Position numbers and translations under genes: made by a program
The notes under the pieces: generated by a model
Seen by the model: only the letters and a program-made list of their open reading frames with translations
Database searches by the model: none
Told to the model about the DNA's origin: nothing
Shown here: in pieces, positions 53,511 to 63,148 of the stretch
Layout: the number at the start of each line of letters is the position of its first letter
How positions within the stretch are numbered: position 1 is the stretch's first letter
NCBI GenBank assembly: GCA_963667565.1
Contig: OY763415.1
Span: forward strand, 1,536,001-1,600,000
DNA length: 64,000 nt
Reading direction: 5' to 3'
Source: Acholeplasmataceae bacterium
Lineage (GTDB): Bacteria; Bacillota_I; Bacilli_A; Acholeplasmatales; Acholeplasmataceae

Positions 53511-54464
53511 ATGATAAAAATAGCAAATAAATTCACATTTTATGGTTCTTGCTTTGCATTGCCGGTGTTGCATATAATTATTATATTGGTGTCACTATTA
53601 GAATCAGCAGTCTATAATGACACACACGTAATCAATGCATCTGGTGATTTGTCTTTATATTTGATGTTTGCAATGCTCCTACCATTCATAAGTCTTTTCT
53701 ATATGAGAAATTTTATGCAAATTGTTGTTTTTGATGAAAAAGGAATAAAAGCATTTAGTCTATTAGGGCTCATCCATAAATATCAGTGGAGCGAAATTAA
53801 AGACGTTAGAATTGAAAATTATAATAGTATCGGATATACATATTCGCAATTTTTCCATGTTATCGGAACAGATATTGAAAAGTATCAAAAAAGTGGAATT
53901 ATTAAAGATGACTCTAATATTACTTTTTTTTACGATAAAAAATCATATGAGTTAATGAATAAACACATCCCTAAGTTAATCGAACACGCAAATATAAAAA
54001 ATGAAAAGATAAATAGATCTCAAAAAACCACAAAGAAATTAGCCGATTTTCGAATTGGTGAATTTATAGTTAAAAATTTGATAGTAATCTTTGTTATGAT
54101 TTTAGAAGTTGTGCTATTCACCATAATATTTAAACAAGAAAACTTTTCATTTGTAGAAAGAAGCGTTATTCTAATCATATTGTATATTGTGATTTTTATA
54201 ACGCAGTTTATCGCTGCGAAATACGTTAATAAATTAATTTACATATATGAGGATCAAATTATACTCAAAAATTTTATTTCTAAAAATATTGTTATTGATA
54301 AAAAGGATATTGAATCTATCAGTTTAACAGAAAAGTATTTTATAATTAGAAGCCAAAAATCGCAGAAATTTACTTTTAGGGATAAAAAAATAAACTCAAA
54401 CGAAATTAAAATAAAAGCAAATCATAAAAATAAAGAAATTTTAGAAGAGTTAGGATATTTTTGA
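53511..54464 (+). CDS. Membrane protein, putative immunity protein
   Basis: GAGG RBS just after the cassette 2 stop; two (2-TM + beta domain) modules; AT-rich. Confidence 0.6.
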   Translation: MIKIANKFTFYGSCFALPVLHIIIILVSLLESAVYNDTHVINASGDLSLYLMFAMLLPFISLFYMRNFMQIVVFDEKGIKAFSLLGLIHKYQWSEIKDVRIENYNSIGYTYSQFFHVIGTDIEKYQKSGIIKDDSNITFFYDKKSYELMNKHIPKLIEHANIKNEKINRSQKTTKKLADFRIGEFIVKNLIVIFVMILEVVLFTIIFKQENFSFVERSVILIILYIVIFITQFIAAKYVNKLIYIYEDQIILKNFISKNIVIDKKDIESISLTEKYFIIRSQKSQKFTFRDKKINSNEIKIKANHKNKEILEELGYF

Positions 54465-54763
54465 TTTATTTCGAAATAGAATTATTTTTGTCAATTGTAA
54501 ATCGAAAAGCAGATACAAGAGAATTATGTCACTTCATTCAAACAAAACTTTAATTAATTGTCTATGAAATGGTAATTCTAAAAACGTTCATAGTTAACTT
54601 ATGAGAAAGCTAAACAGTATAAAACAATCAAGTATTAAAAAATTAAGTTGAATTTAAAAGGATTGATCCCAGTGCAACACAGAAATCAATCCTTTATAGT
54701 TGAATATTCAATTAAAACAACAACTTTGACGGTTGACTAAAGGACGAGAAATCGTCCTTTTAA

Positions 54764-55579
54764 TTATGCTGGAATAACAGTCCCTTGATAATGTTCTTCA
54801 ATATACGTTTTAATTGTATCTGATGTAAGTGCAGCTACAAGTGCTTGAATTTTAGGAAGGTTTTCTCTACCTGCTTTAACAGCAACTATATTTACATAGG
54901 GATTATCAGTAGGTGATTCTAGAATAAGAGCATCTTCAAGTGGATTTAATCCACCAGATAATGCAAAGTTACCATTGATAAATACTAATGCACCTTGATT
55001 GTTTTCATAAGCACTATATAAAAGTTCTGGATTGATTTGTTCAAAAACAAGGTTTTTTGGATTTGATGTAATATCTTCAAGAGTTGCAGTTAATGAATTA
55101 ACACCATCAGCTAAAGTGATGAGCCCTGCAGCAGCAAGGATGGCTAAAAATCTACCATGATCTGAAGTAGAATTACTGATGATGACTTTATCACCATCTT
55201 GGACTTGATCAATAGAAGTATATACTTTTGAATATAATCCAAGAGGCTCAATATGAATACTTGCTACATTGACTAATTGTTTATCAGATGCAGCACTTGC
55301 ATTATATTGATCAAAATATGGAATGTGTTGGAAAAAATTAGCATCAGCTGAGCTATTAGCAACTGCTGGGTTCGGTGTTGTATATTCACTTACTACTGTA
55401 ACTTCTAAAGTATATCCTTGTGCCTCTAAGATGGGTCTTGCTTGTTCAAGGATTTCAGCATGTGGTACAGCAGTAGCAACCACATAAATGGTATTTGGAT
55501 CGTCAATGTCTGCTTGATTACATGAAGCAAGACCTAATGCGATAATGGTTAAAACGAATATTGATAATATTTTTTTCAT
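54764..55579 (-). CDS. metQ: Methionine ABC transporter substrate-binding lipoprotein
   Basis: Lipobox LASC, VPHAEIL, DANFFQH.PY, HIEP.GLYS, INGN. Confidence 0.93.
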   Translation of the reverse strand: MKKILSIFVLTIIALGLASCNQADIDDPNTIYVVATAVPHAEILEQARPILEAQGYTLEVTVVSEYTTPNPAVANSSADANFFQHIPYFDQYNASAASDKQLVNVASIHIEPLGLYSKVYTSIDQVQDGDKVIISNSTSDHGRFLAILAAAGLITLADGVNSLTATLEDITSNPKNLVFEQINPELLYSAYENNQGALVFINGNFALSGGLNPLEDALILESPTDNPYVNIVAVKAGRENLPKIQALVAALTSDTIKTYIEEHYQGTVIPA

Positions 55580-55593
55580 ATGTTTTCTCTTTT

Positions 55594-56259
55594 CTATTTG
55601 TGATTAATTTTTTTGACTATGAAGTCTGATGTGACTTGTATGATGAGTACAAGTAGTAAGATGATTGCTACTGAAACATATCCCGCAAGTTGTTTTGTAG
55701 AACCATTGTGAATTAAAAAGATGACTGCTTGATCACTTAATCCACCACCACCAATAGCATTTGCAGCAGAGATAAAACCAATTAAAGTGATCAGTGTCAC
55801 TGTAAAGCCTGATAACAAGGAAGGAGAAGCTTCTTTAAAGAGTGTTCGTGCAATCTTAAACTCTTTTGCACCTAAAGCTTTAAGTGCTTCTGATTTTCCT
55901 CTTGGAATGTCTAATAATGAATTATATACAATGCGCGCATAAAAAGGTGTTGCACTGACAATCAGTGGTGGAAGAGCACCATTAGCACCTAACATTTGAC
56001 CGTTTGTAATGATTAATGTTACTGGAATCATAATCACAATCAATATAACAAAAGGTACTGATCTAAATATATTGACGAACGCTGATATGATTTGATTTAA
56101 GAAAAGTAAATATTTATTTGATGTGTGTTCTTCATTTGTGAAGAATAGTGAAAAGCCTATAATTAAGCCAAATACTGAGATAAAGATAGCACTTATTAAT
56201 ATCATATAGAGTGTTTCAATTAAACCATCATAGATCAAATTTAAATCATATGTTGTCAT
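55594..56259 (-). CDS. metI: Methionine ABC transporter permease
   Basis: ETLYM, VNIFRSVPF.IL, PFYAR, GGGGL. Confidence 0.9.
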   Translation of the reverse strand: MTTYDLNLIYDGLIETLYMILISAIFISVFGLIIGFSLFFTNEEHTSNKYLLFLNQIISAFVNIFRSVPFVILIVIMIPVTLIITNGQMLGANGALPPLIVSATPFYARIVYNSLLDIPRGKSEALKALGAKEFKIARTLFKEASPSLLSGFTVTLITLIGFISAANAIGGGGLSDQAVIFLIHNGSTKQLAGYVSVAIILLLVLIIQVTSDFIVKKINHK

Positions 56260-57226
56260 ATCTATTCACCTTAATTCCATGTGTATTTAAATAAGAAATA
56301 GCAGCATCTAAATCATGACCCGTCATCTTTACATAAAGATATCCAATTTGATCATCAACGATGTCTAGGACTTGTGCATGTAAGATATTAATGTCAATAT
56401 CATAAGATTTAATCATTTGACTTAATACAGATGTTTCGTTTGCATCTTTTGTATAGATAAATTCGTAAACATCTGTATAAGTCTCATCGATATGGATGGT
56501 TTCTTTGACGAGTGATTTGGTGACTGGATGCTTGGGGTCCATGAATAAATCTATGGTTTTGTTTTGCTCGACAATTTGACCTTGATCCATAACAACTACT
56601 TTATTGCATATTTTTTTAATGGCTTCAATTTGATGTGTAATAAAGATGATGGTTAGATTCGTTTTTTTATGAATATCTTTTAAAAGCAGTAAAATTTCAT
56701 CGGTTGTTTTTAAATCAAGCGCTGAAGTTGCTTCATCACATAATAAGTATTTAGGATTATTAGCAAGTGCACGTGCAATTGCGACTCTTTGTTTTTGCCC
56801 ACCAGACAATTGTTTAGGGTATGCATCTTGTTTGTCTTGCAAACCGACAAGTCCTAAAAGATCTTTAATGCGGGTTTCTTGATGTTTTTTATCATGTGAG
56901 ATATCTAAAGCAAGCTTGATGTTTTGATACACTGATAATTGATCAAATAAATTAAAGTCTTGAAAAATCATGCCGATTTGCTGACGCATTCGATTCAGTG
57001 CCTTTTTCTTTAAAGTTAATAAATCAACACCATCGATGATGATTTTACCTGTAGTGGGAGTAATCAGACCATTGATTAAGCGTATGAGCGTAGATTTACC
57101 TGCACCGCTGTAACCAACCACACCTAAAATGTCTCTATCATGAATGGTTAATTGAATAGGATTAAGTGCAACAAAAATTTGCTTACCGTGTTCAAATGTT
57201 TTTGATAATTGTTGTAATTCAATCAT
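56246..57226 (-). CDS. metN: Methionine ABC transporter ATPase
   Basis: GYSGAGKST, LSGGQKQRVAIARALA, CDEATSALD, C-terminal NIL-like domain. Confidence 0.93.
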   Translation of the reverse strand: MIELQQLSKTFEHGKQIFVALNPIQLTIHDRDILGVVGYSGAGKSTLIRLINGLITPTTGKIIIDGVDLLTLKKKALNRMRQQIGMIFQDFNLFDQLSVYQNIKLALDISHDKKHQETRIKDLLGLVGLQDKQDAYPKQLSGGQKQRVAIARALANNPKYLLCDEATSALDLKTTDEILLLLKDIHKKTNLTIIFITHQIEAIKKICNKVVVMDQGQIVEQNKTIDLFMDPKHPVTKSLVKETIHIDETYTDVYEFIYTKDANETSVLSQMIKSYDIDINILHAQVLDIVDDQIGYLYVKMTGHDLDAAISYLNTHGIKVNRYDNI

Positions 57227-57245
57227 ATATATTCCTTTCAAACAT

Positions 57246-57380
57246 AAAAAAATAGTCTTATCGTTGCGATAAGACTAAGATCATGTTTGGCGTATATCTT
57301 ATCGCTTATAGCATTACCACCTTATATGCACAGGTTGGTAGACGTTCACAGAGCTATATCTCTCCCGTCTTCTTGATAAA
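57246..57380 (-). ncRNA. SAM-I (S-box) riboswitch with terminator
   Basis: On the minus strand: P1 TTATCAAGA...GATAAG, P3 ACCAACCT...AGGTGGT, then terminator TAGTCTTATCG-CAA-CGATAAGACTA plus T-tract; upstream of metN. Confidence 0.85.
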
Positions 57381-57453
57381 TTGATTAAGTTGAAACTATT
57401 GTAACATGGGACAACAGATATGTAAAGATGTTTAATTGATAAAAATAATCCGG

Positions 57454-57792
57454 TTAAAAACGGGTGGCATCTAAGGAAAGATCAACAATCATAGAAAGCG
57501 TATATTTTAGTCCATCAATATAAATCATTTTATTTATAGTATCTATTTTAGTGACTTTTCCAAAAGAATTTTTGATGTATCCATCCTGATAATAGGATAA
57601 GTAAACATCCAGGTGTTCATGTAAAGCCTTTTGTAGATTGATATCCATTTCATAGAGTTGATCTTCTGATAGAAGTGGACGATCTTTTTTACCTAATCGA
57701 TATTTTAATTGTTTGTATAAATCATTGAAACCTGCAAGGCCATCAAAAGGAGCCCATTTAATAATACCTCTATCCACATATGTGTTATTCAT
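57454..57792 (-). CDS. YolD-like protein
   Basis: DRGIIKWAPF, RPLLSEDQ, YYQDG; coupled to the Y-family polymerase. Confidence 0.85.
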   Translation of the reverse strand: MNNTYVDRGIIKWAPFDGLAGFNDLYKQLKYRLGKKDRPLLSEDQLYEMDINLQKALHEHLDVYLSYYQDGYIKNSFGKVTKIDTINKMIYIDGLKYTLSMIVDLSLDATRF

Positions 57793-59056
57793 GATGACCT
57801 CCTACAAAATTGTTTCTCTTAACAATGGTAGAATGTTCTTCAAGGGATTCAGCACGATTGACTGAATTTTTCCCATATCTGGTTTTTATATGATCCATTG
57901 AGGATAATAATTGATATTCTTTTTCAAGCGCTTCAGCGTCCTCAAAAATGCTATATTGATAAAGTGTTGAATCTGTTAATCCACCCAAAGAGACTGAAAC
58001 GGAACGGATAGGACTACCATCATAGCCTCTTTTAAAAATAGAGACACACGTATGATAAATTTCTTTGAAAGAAGAAGTGGGTTGATCAAGTGTGACTTGT
58101 TGGTGCAATCCTCCACCAGTGGTGAGCGAATAACCAACACCAAAATGAATAACACGGCAACGTTTTCTATTCATACGAAGGCGTCTAGTAATTTCATCAG
58201 CCATCTCTAAAATAATGGTATATATTTCAGGTGTTTTATAATCATGAAATAAGACTTGACTCGTACCAAAACTTTTACTTTTAGATCTTAATTTGTTTTT
58301 ATCCTGGATTAAACTCATATCAATACCATGTGTATGATACCAAAGTTCTTCGCCTAAAATACCAAAGTGCTCTTTTAGTATTTCCTTATTATAATGTGCA
58401 ATATCACCAATGGTTTGCATACCTAAAAGATTGAGATTGCGTTCCATACGATATCCAATGCCCCACATCTCTGATAGTGGTGTAATTGGCCACAATTTTT
58501 TTGGAACATCTTCATAGGTCCATTTGGCGATGGAATCTTTTTGATGTTTAGAATCTAGGTCCATGGCAAGCTTAGATAATAGCATATTAGGGCCGATTCC
58601 ACAACTTGCAGGAAGTCCTAATTTTTCTTTAATTTCTAACACTATTTTACGTCCAAGTTCGATATCTGTCATATTATATAAAGATAGATAATGAGTCACA
58701 TCTAAAAACGCTTCGTCTATAGAATAAACATATAAATCTTCATCAGAAACATAGGATAAATATATTTCAATAATCTTCATTGTATATTCCATATAAATTT
58801 TCATTTGCGGTTTTGCGTAAATGATATAAGGCTTCATATCATCTGGAATATCAAAAAGACGTGCACGAGATGAGATCCCTAAAGATTTTAAATAAGGTGT
58901 TACAGCTAAACATAATGCGCCATTACCTCTTGTTTGATCTGCGACAACTAAAGGTGTTTCAAATGGATTAAGCCCACGAAGTGCACACTCAACAGAGGCA
59001 TAAAAACTTTTAAGATCAATACAAATAATGTGTTTATTAATTTGATATTCTTTCAT
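57785..59056 (-). CDS. Y-family DNA polymerase (UvrX/YqjW, UmuC-like)
   Basis: CIDLKSFYASVEC, YSIDEAFLD, GIGPNMLLSK, WGIG, C-terminal GGH. Confidence 0.92.
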   Translation of the reverse strand: MKEYQINKHIICIDLKSFYASVECALRGLNPFETPLVVADQTRGNGALCLAVTPYLKSLGISSRARLFDIPDDMKPYIIYAKPQMKIYMEYTMKIIEIYLSYVSDEDLYVYSIDEAFLDVTHYLSLYNMTDIELGRKIVLEIKEKLGLPASCGIGPNMLLSKLAMDLDSKHQKDSIAKWTYEDVPKKLWPITPLSEMWGIGYRMERNLNLLGMQTIGDIAHYNKEILKEHFGILGEELWYHTHGIDMSLIQDKNKLRSKSKSFGTSQVLFHDYKTPEIYTIILEMADEITRRLRMNRKRCRVIHFGVGYSLTTGGGLHQQVTLDQPTSSFKEIYHTCVSIFKRGYDGSPIRSVSVSLGGLTDSTLYQYSIFEDAEALEKEYQLLSSMDHIKTRYGKNSVNRAESLEEHSTIVKRNNFVGGHHE

Positions 59057-59210
59057 GATTAAACGCCTCCTTTGTTTTGGTATTATAATCTATAATAGAT
59101 GATAATTTCAAGGGCAAAATCAATGAAAATAAATGAAAGTTATTTCTAAGCGTTTTTATTTAGAATGATTCTTTTTGGCAATAAAAAAACCTACGATTTT
59201 TGTAGGTTTT

Positions 59211-59555
59211 TTATGTTCTTAAAATTTTATCAAGTGTTTTTCCTTTGGCGAGTTCATCAATTTGTTTATCTAGATATCTGATGTTTTTTAAAGTAAAATC
59301 TTCGATGGTTTCTACCCTTATGCCACATACAACACCGGTGATCTTCTCGCGATTGGGATTGAGATTTGGAGCTTGTTGGAAAAAATCTTTAAAATTTAGA
59401 TTTAAAGATAAGATGGTTTCGATATCTTTATATCCGGTTAACCATAAGATAATTTCATCAACCTCTTGTTTGGTTCTTTGTTTTCTTTCAGCCTTTTTAA
59501 CATATAAGGGATAAACCTCATTGAAAAGCATGTGGTAGATTCGTTCTAAATTCAT
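59211..59555 (-). CDS. DUF2200 family protein
   Basis: VYPLYVKKAERK.RT, WLTGY, ITGVVCGIRVE, IRYLDK..DELAKG. Confidence 0.9.
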   Translation of the reverse strand: MNLERIYHMLFNEVYPLYVKKAERKQRTKQEVDEIILWLTGYKDIETILSLNLNFKDFFQQAPNLNPNREKITGVVCGIRVETIEDFTLKNIRYLDKQIDELAKGKTLDKILRT

Positions 59556-59667
59556 AGAGAGGCTCCTTTAAGGATTTGTTTTCATTATAGCATCTATCTG
59601 AAATAGATGGTTTTTTTCGCATTTTTAAAAACATCATGTAAAATGAAGATAGAAAGAAGGTGTTTTC

Positions 59668-60018
59668 ATGCTAGACTTGAATTCGAAAAAAGCGAAATCA
59701 ATCGTCAATCATAAGAAGGCGAAGATATTTATTGTGAGATATCACTATAAAACTAAAGTGATGAAAGCAACCATCAAAGATTTTACTGGATATGCCAATC
59801 TCATGATGATGAGAGTCAAAGATGATCAAAAGGTATTGATTAATTATAAAGTCACCTCAGGTGTATGCGCACTTGCATATATGCAAAAGGATCAGTTTCA
59901 TGTGATTGCACAAGAGACATTTAATGAAGAGGTTGTTCTTAATGTAAAAAAAGGCTTTATGCGCTTTAGAGTCATTGGAAATGATGCGTCTATTGCATTG
60001 ACGATGACATTTATTTAA
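59668..60018 (+). CDS. Hypothetical basic protein
   Basis: 116-aa ORF with AAGGTG RBS. Confidence 0.65.
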   Translation: MLDLNSKKAKSIVNHKKAKIFIVRYHYKTKVMKATIKDFTGYANLMMMRVKDDQKVLINYKVTSGVCALAYMQKDQFHVIAQETFNEEVVLNVKKGFMRFRVIGNDASIALTMTFI

Positions 60019-60146
60019 TATGTAACAGTATTCATATATGAATGTGTTGTTGTTTCACATTTCTTTATGTATAATAGTAATGTTTAATCATATATTAGAA
60101 AATGATTAATTTTAATTAAATTGAAATATCAAAGGAGTTAATAAAC

Positions 60147-61022
60147 ATGAGCAATGATCGTTATCAATTAAATAAAGAATTAGCACAAATGCTTAAAGGT
60201 GGTGTCATCATGGATGTCACAAACGCTGAACAAGCAAAAATCGCCGAAGAAGCTGGCGCTTGTGCTGTGATGGCATTAGAAAGAATCCCAGCAGATATTA
60301 GAGCTGCAGGTGGCGTTTCAAGAATGAGTGATCCAAAACTTATCAAAGAAATTCAAGCAGCAGTAACGATTCCTGTGATGGCAAAAGTTCGTATTGGTCA
60401 TTTTGTCGAAGCACAAATTTTAGAAGCATTAGAAATCGACTATATCGATGAATCAGAAGTGTTATCACCTGCAGATCAAGTGTATCACATTAATAAAAAT
60501 GAATTTAGCGTGCCTTTTGTATGTGGTGCTAAAAACTTAGGTGAAGCATTAAGAAGAGTTGCTGAAGGTGCATCTATGATTAGAACAAAAGGTGAACCAG
60601 GTACAGGTGATGTTGTTCAAGCAGTCACTCATATGAGAATGATGCAATCAGAAATTCGATCAGTGCAAGCATTAAGAAAAGATGAATTATATCATAAAGC
60701 AAAAGAACTTCAAGTGCCTTATGAATTATTATTATATGTACATCAAAACGGTAAATTACCAGTTGTCAATTTTGCTGCAGGCGGTGTTGCAACACCAGCG
60801 GATGCTGCACTTATGATGCAACTTGGTGCAGAAGGTGTTTTTGTGGGTAGCGGTATTTTTAAATCTGGTGATCCAAAAAAACGTGCAACTGCGATTGTAC
60901 AAGCTGTTACAAACTTTAACGATTCTAAACTACTCGCAAAAGTATCTGAAGATTTAGGTGAAGCGATGGTTGGTATCAATGAAGATGAGATTGAATTATT
61001 AATGAGTGAAAGAGGCAAATAA
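60147..61022 (+). CDS. pdxS: PLP synthase lyase subunit
   Basis: [38 protein letters not shown]. Confidence 0.97.
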   Translation: MSNDRYQLNKELAQMLKGGVIMDVTNAEQAKIAEEAGACAVMALERIPADIRAAGGVSRMSDPKLIKEIQAAVTIPVMAKVRIGHFVEAQILEALEIDYIDESEVLSPADQVYHINKNEFSVPFVCGAKNLGEALRRVAEGASMIRTKGEPGTGDVVQAVTHMRMMQSEIRSVQALRKDELYHKAKELQVPYELLLYVHQNGKLPVVNFAAGGVATPADAALMMQLGAEGVFVGSGIFKSGDPKKRATAIVQAVTNFNDSKLLAKVSEDLGEAMVGINEDEIELLMSERGK

Positions 61023-61023
61023 C

Positions 61024-61596
61024 ATGTTGATTGGTATTATGGCTCTTCAAGGTGCATTTGTAGAGCACGCCAATCATTTAAAACAATTAGGTATCGAGTC
61101 TTTTGAAATTAGACAAAAAAGAGATTTAGAACGTCCTATGGACGGTTTAATACTCCCAGGCGGAGAAAGTACAACCATGTACAAATTACTTGTTGATCTT
61201 GATATGGATCAACTTTTGATTGAAAGAATTAATCAAGGGTTATTTGTATTTGGAACATGTGCAGGATTATTATTATTAGCAAATGATATCAGTAATCATA
61301 CAAGAGCATTTTTAAAAGTGATGGATATCACTGCAAGAAAGAATGCTTATGGAAGACAGCTAGGCAGTTTTAGAACTTTAGGCACGTTTGGACATATTAA
61401 AGATATTGAGTTCGTATTTATTAGAGCACCATATATTGAAAAAGTGGGTCCACATGTAGAAGTCTTAGCTATTCATGATCACTTAATCGTTGCTGCTAGA
61501 GAAAAACATATCCTTGCAACTGCTTTTCATCCAGAGTTATCAAAATCAACAGATATTCACGCATACTTTATCAAAATGATTAAAGGCGAAATCTAA
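61024..61596 (+). CDS. pdxT: PLP synthase glutaminase subunit
   Basis: ALQGAF.EH, PGGEST, GTCAG, FHPEL. Confidence 0.96.
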   Translation: MLIGIMALQGAFVEHANHLKQLGIESFEIRQKRDLERPMDGLILPGGESTTMYKLLVDLDMDQLLIERINQGLFVFGTCAGLLLLANDISNHTRAFLKVMDITARKNAYGRQLGSFRTLGTFGHIKDIEFVFIRAPYIEKVGPHVEVLAIHDHLIVAAREKHILATAFHPELSKSTDIHAYFIKMIKGEI

Positions 61597-61710
61597 ATGA
61601 AATACGCACCCAAAGGTGCGTTTTTTTATGGTTTTGATTTATGGTATCGTTTTATAATCCCTTTATCAAACATTTTAAATAATAAGTGATATAATACTTT
61701 TTGAAATTAG

Positions 61711-63048
61711 GTGATTCCATTGAGAAAATTAGAAAAAAATCTATATAAAATATCTTGGCCAATTTTTTTAGAATTGCTTTTTTTCACATTGCTTGGAACA
61801 GTGGATACCATCATGCTCTCCAATTTTTCAGATACAGCAGTAGGTAGCGTTGGTGTTGCAAATAGAATCCTTAATTTGTTTGCGATACTTGTCAATGTGC
61901 TTGCACTTGGAATTGGTGTAGTTGCAGCTCAATATTTAGGTGCAAATCAAGTTCAAAAAGCTAAGGATACAGTGGTTACTGGTGTCGTAGGAAATTTAAT
62001 GATGGGTATATTACTTGCTGCCATGATGATTTTTTTTGGAAAATCATTTATTAGCTTAATAGGAACGAATGCCATATTTGTTGATGATGCGATGGTCTAT
62101 TTAAGAATTGTTGGTTTCAGTTTAGTTTTCGTATCATTAAGAGTTGGGTTATCAACAGCGTTTAGAAGTTTCAGTCATCCTAAAGTTGTGATGATTATTA
62201 TGGGGATAGGGAACTTAGTCAACATTATGATTAATGCCGTTTTAATCTATGGATTATTTGGAGCACCTAGACTAGGTGTTGAAGGTGCTGCTATAGGAAC
62301 TTTAGTCGCAAGAATTGTCATGGTTATATTATTAACGATTTATACATATAAGATTTTAGAAATTAAGTTACATAAAATTAGATTTCATGTTGAACAACTT
62401 AAGAAAATACTTTATGTTGGTGTTCCAGGAGCAACCGAAAATACGATGTATAATATCGCTCAAGTACTTATTTTATATTTTGTCAATCAAATGAGTCCTG
62501 AAGCTGTGATTGCACAGTCTTATATCTCATTAGTGTTATCATTTGTGTTCATCTTTAGCTTTGCTTTCGCCAGTGGCAATTCTATCATTGTGGGTTATCA
62601 CATTGGAGAGCGACAGCTTGAAGATGGGTATAAAGCAACACTTAAAACTATTAAAGTTACATTTGTCACGATTTTGATTGTCACAGGTTTATTAAATATA
62701 TTTGCTTATCCGATTATATCGATGTTCACAGATAATGTTCTAATTATTAAAATGGTTAGACAAGTCATTTATATCTCAATTTTTATTGAAATTGGACGTT
62801 CAATGAATTTGGTTTATATTTCAGCTTTGAGATCTGCAAATGATACGATATTCCCAGTGGTGATGGCTGTGATATCTATGTTTGGTCTTGCTGTGTTATT
62901 TACCTATATTTTCGGTATCAGATTAGAAATGGGTATCTTTGGTGTGTTTTTAGCAGCGATGATGGATGAACTCTTTAGAGGAACATCCATGGCATATCGA
63001 TGGTATAAGCGCAGATGGATGCAAATGAGTAATCGAGATTTGGTTTAA
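61711..63048 (+). CDS. MATE family efflux transporter
   Basis: About 12 TMs; VDTIML, AVGSVG, AQYLGA, LGVEGAAIGT. Confidence 0.92.
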   Translation: MIPLRKLEKNLYKISWPIFLELLFFTLLGTVDTIMLSNFSDTAVGSVGVANRILNLFAILVNVLALGIGVVAAQYLGANQVQKAKDTVVTGVVGNLMMGILLAAMMIFFGKSFISLIGTNAIFVDDAMVYLRIVGFSLVFVSLRVGLSTAFRSFSHPKVVMIIMGIGNLVNIMINAVLIYGLFGAPRLGVEGAAIGTLVARIVMVILLTIYTYKILEIKLHKIRFHVEQLKKILYVGVPGATENTMYNIAQVLILYFVNQMSPEAVIAQSYISLVLSFVFIFSFAFASGNSIIVGYHIGERQLEDGYKATLKTIKVTFVTILIVTGLLNIFAYPIISMFTDNVLIIKMVRQVIYISIFIEIGRSMNLVYISALRSANDTIFPVVMAVISMFGLAVLFTYIFGIRLEMGIFGVFLAAMMDELFRGTSMAYRWYKRRWMQMSNRDLV

Positions 63049-63148
63049 AGAGACCTAAATAACGCATAAAAACAACAGTTATATCTTAGGATATACCTTG
63101 TTGTTTTTTATATTTTCCTATATAATAATAGAGACTTGAGGTGATACT

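Noticed and set aside
51660..54760. Integron cassette array or prophage
   Set aside because: No integrase, no repeated attC-like sites and no phage genes seen
60084..60109. TTAATCAT-N10-ATGATTAA inverted repeat before pdxS as an operator
   Set aside because: AT-rich 8-bp arms are plausible by chance, and no adjacent regulator supports it
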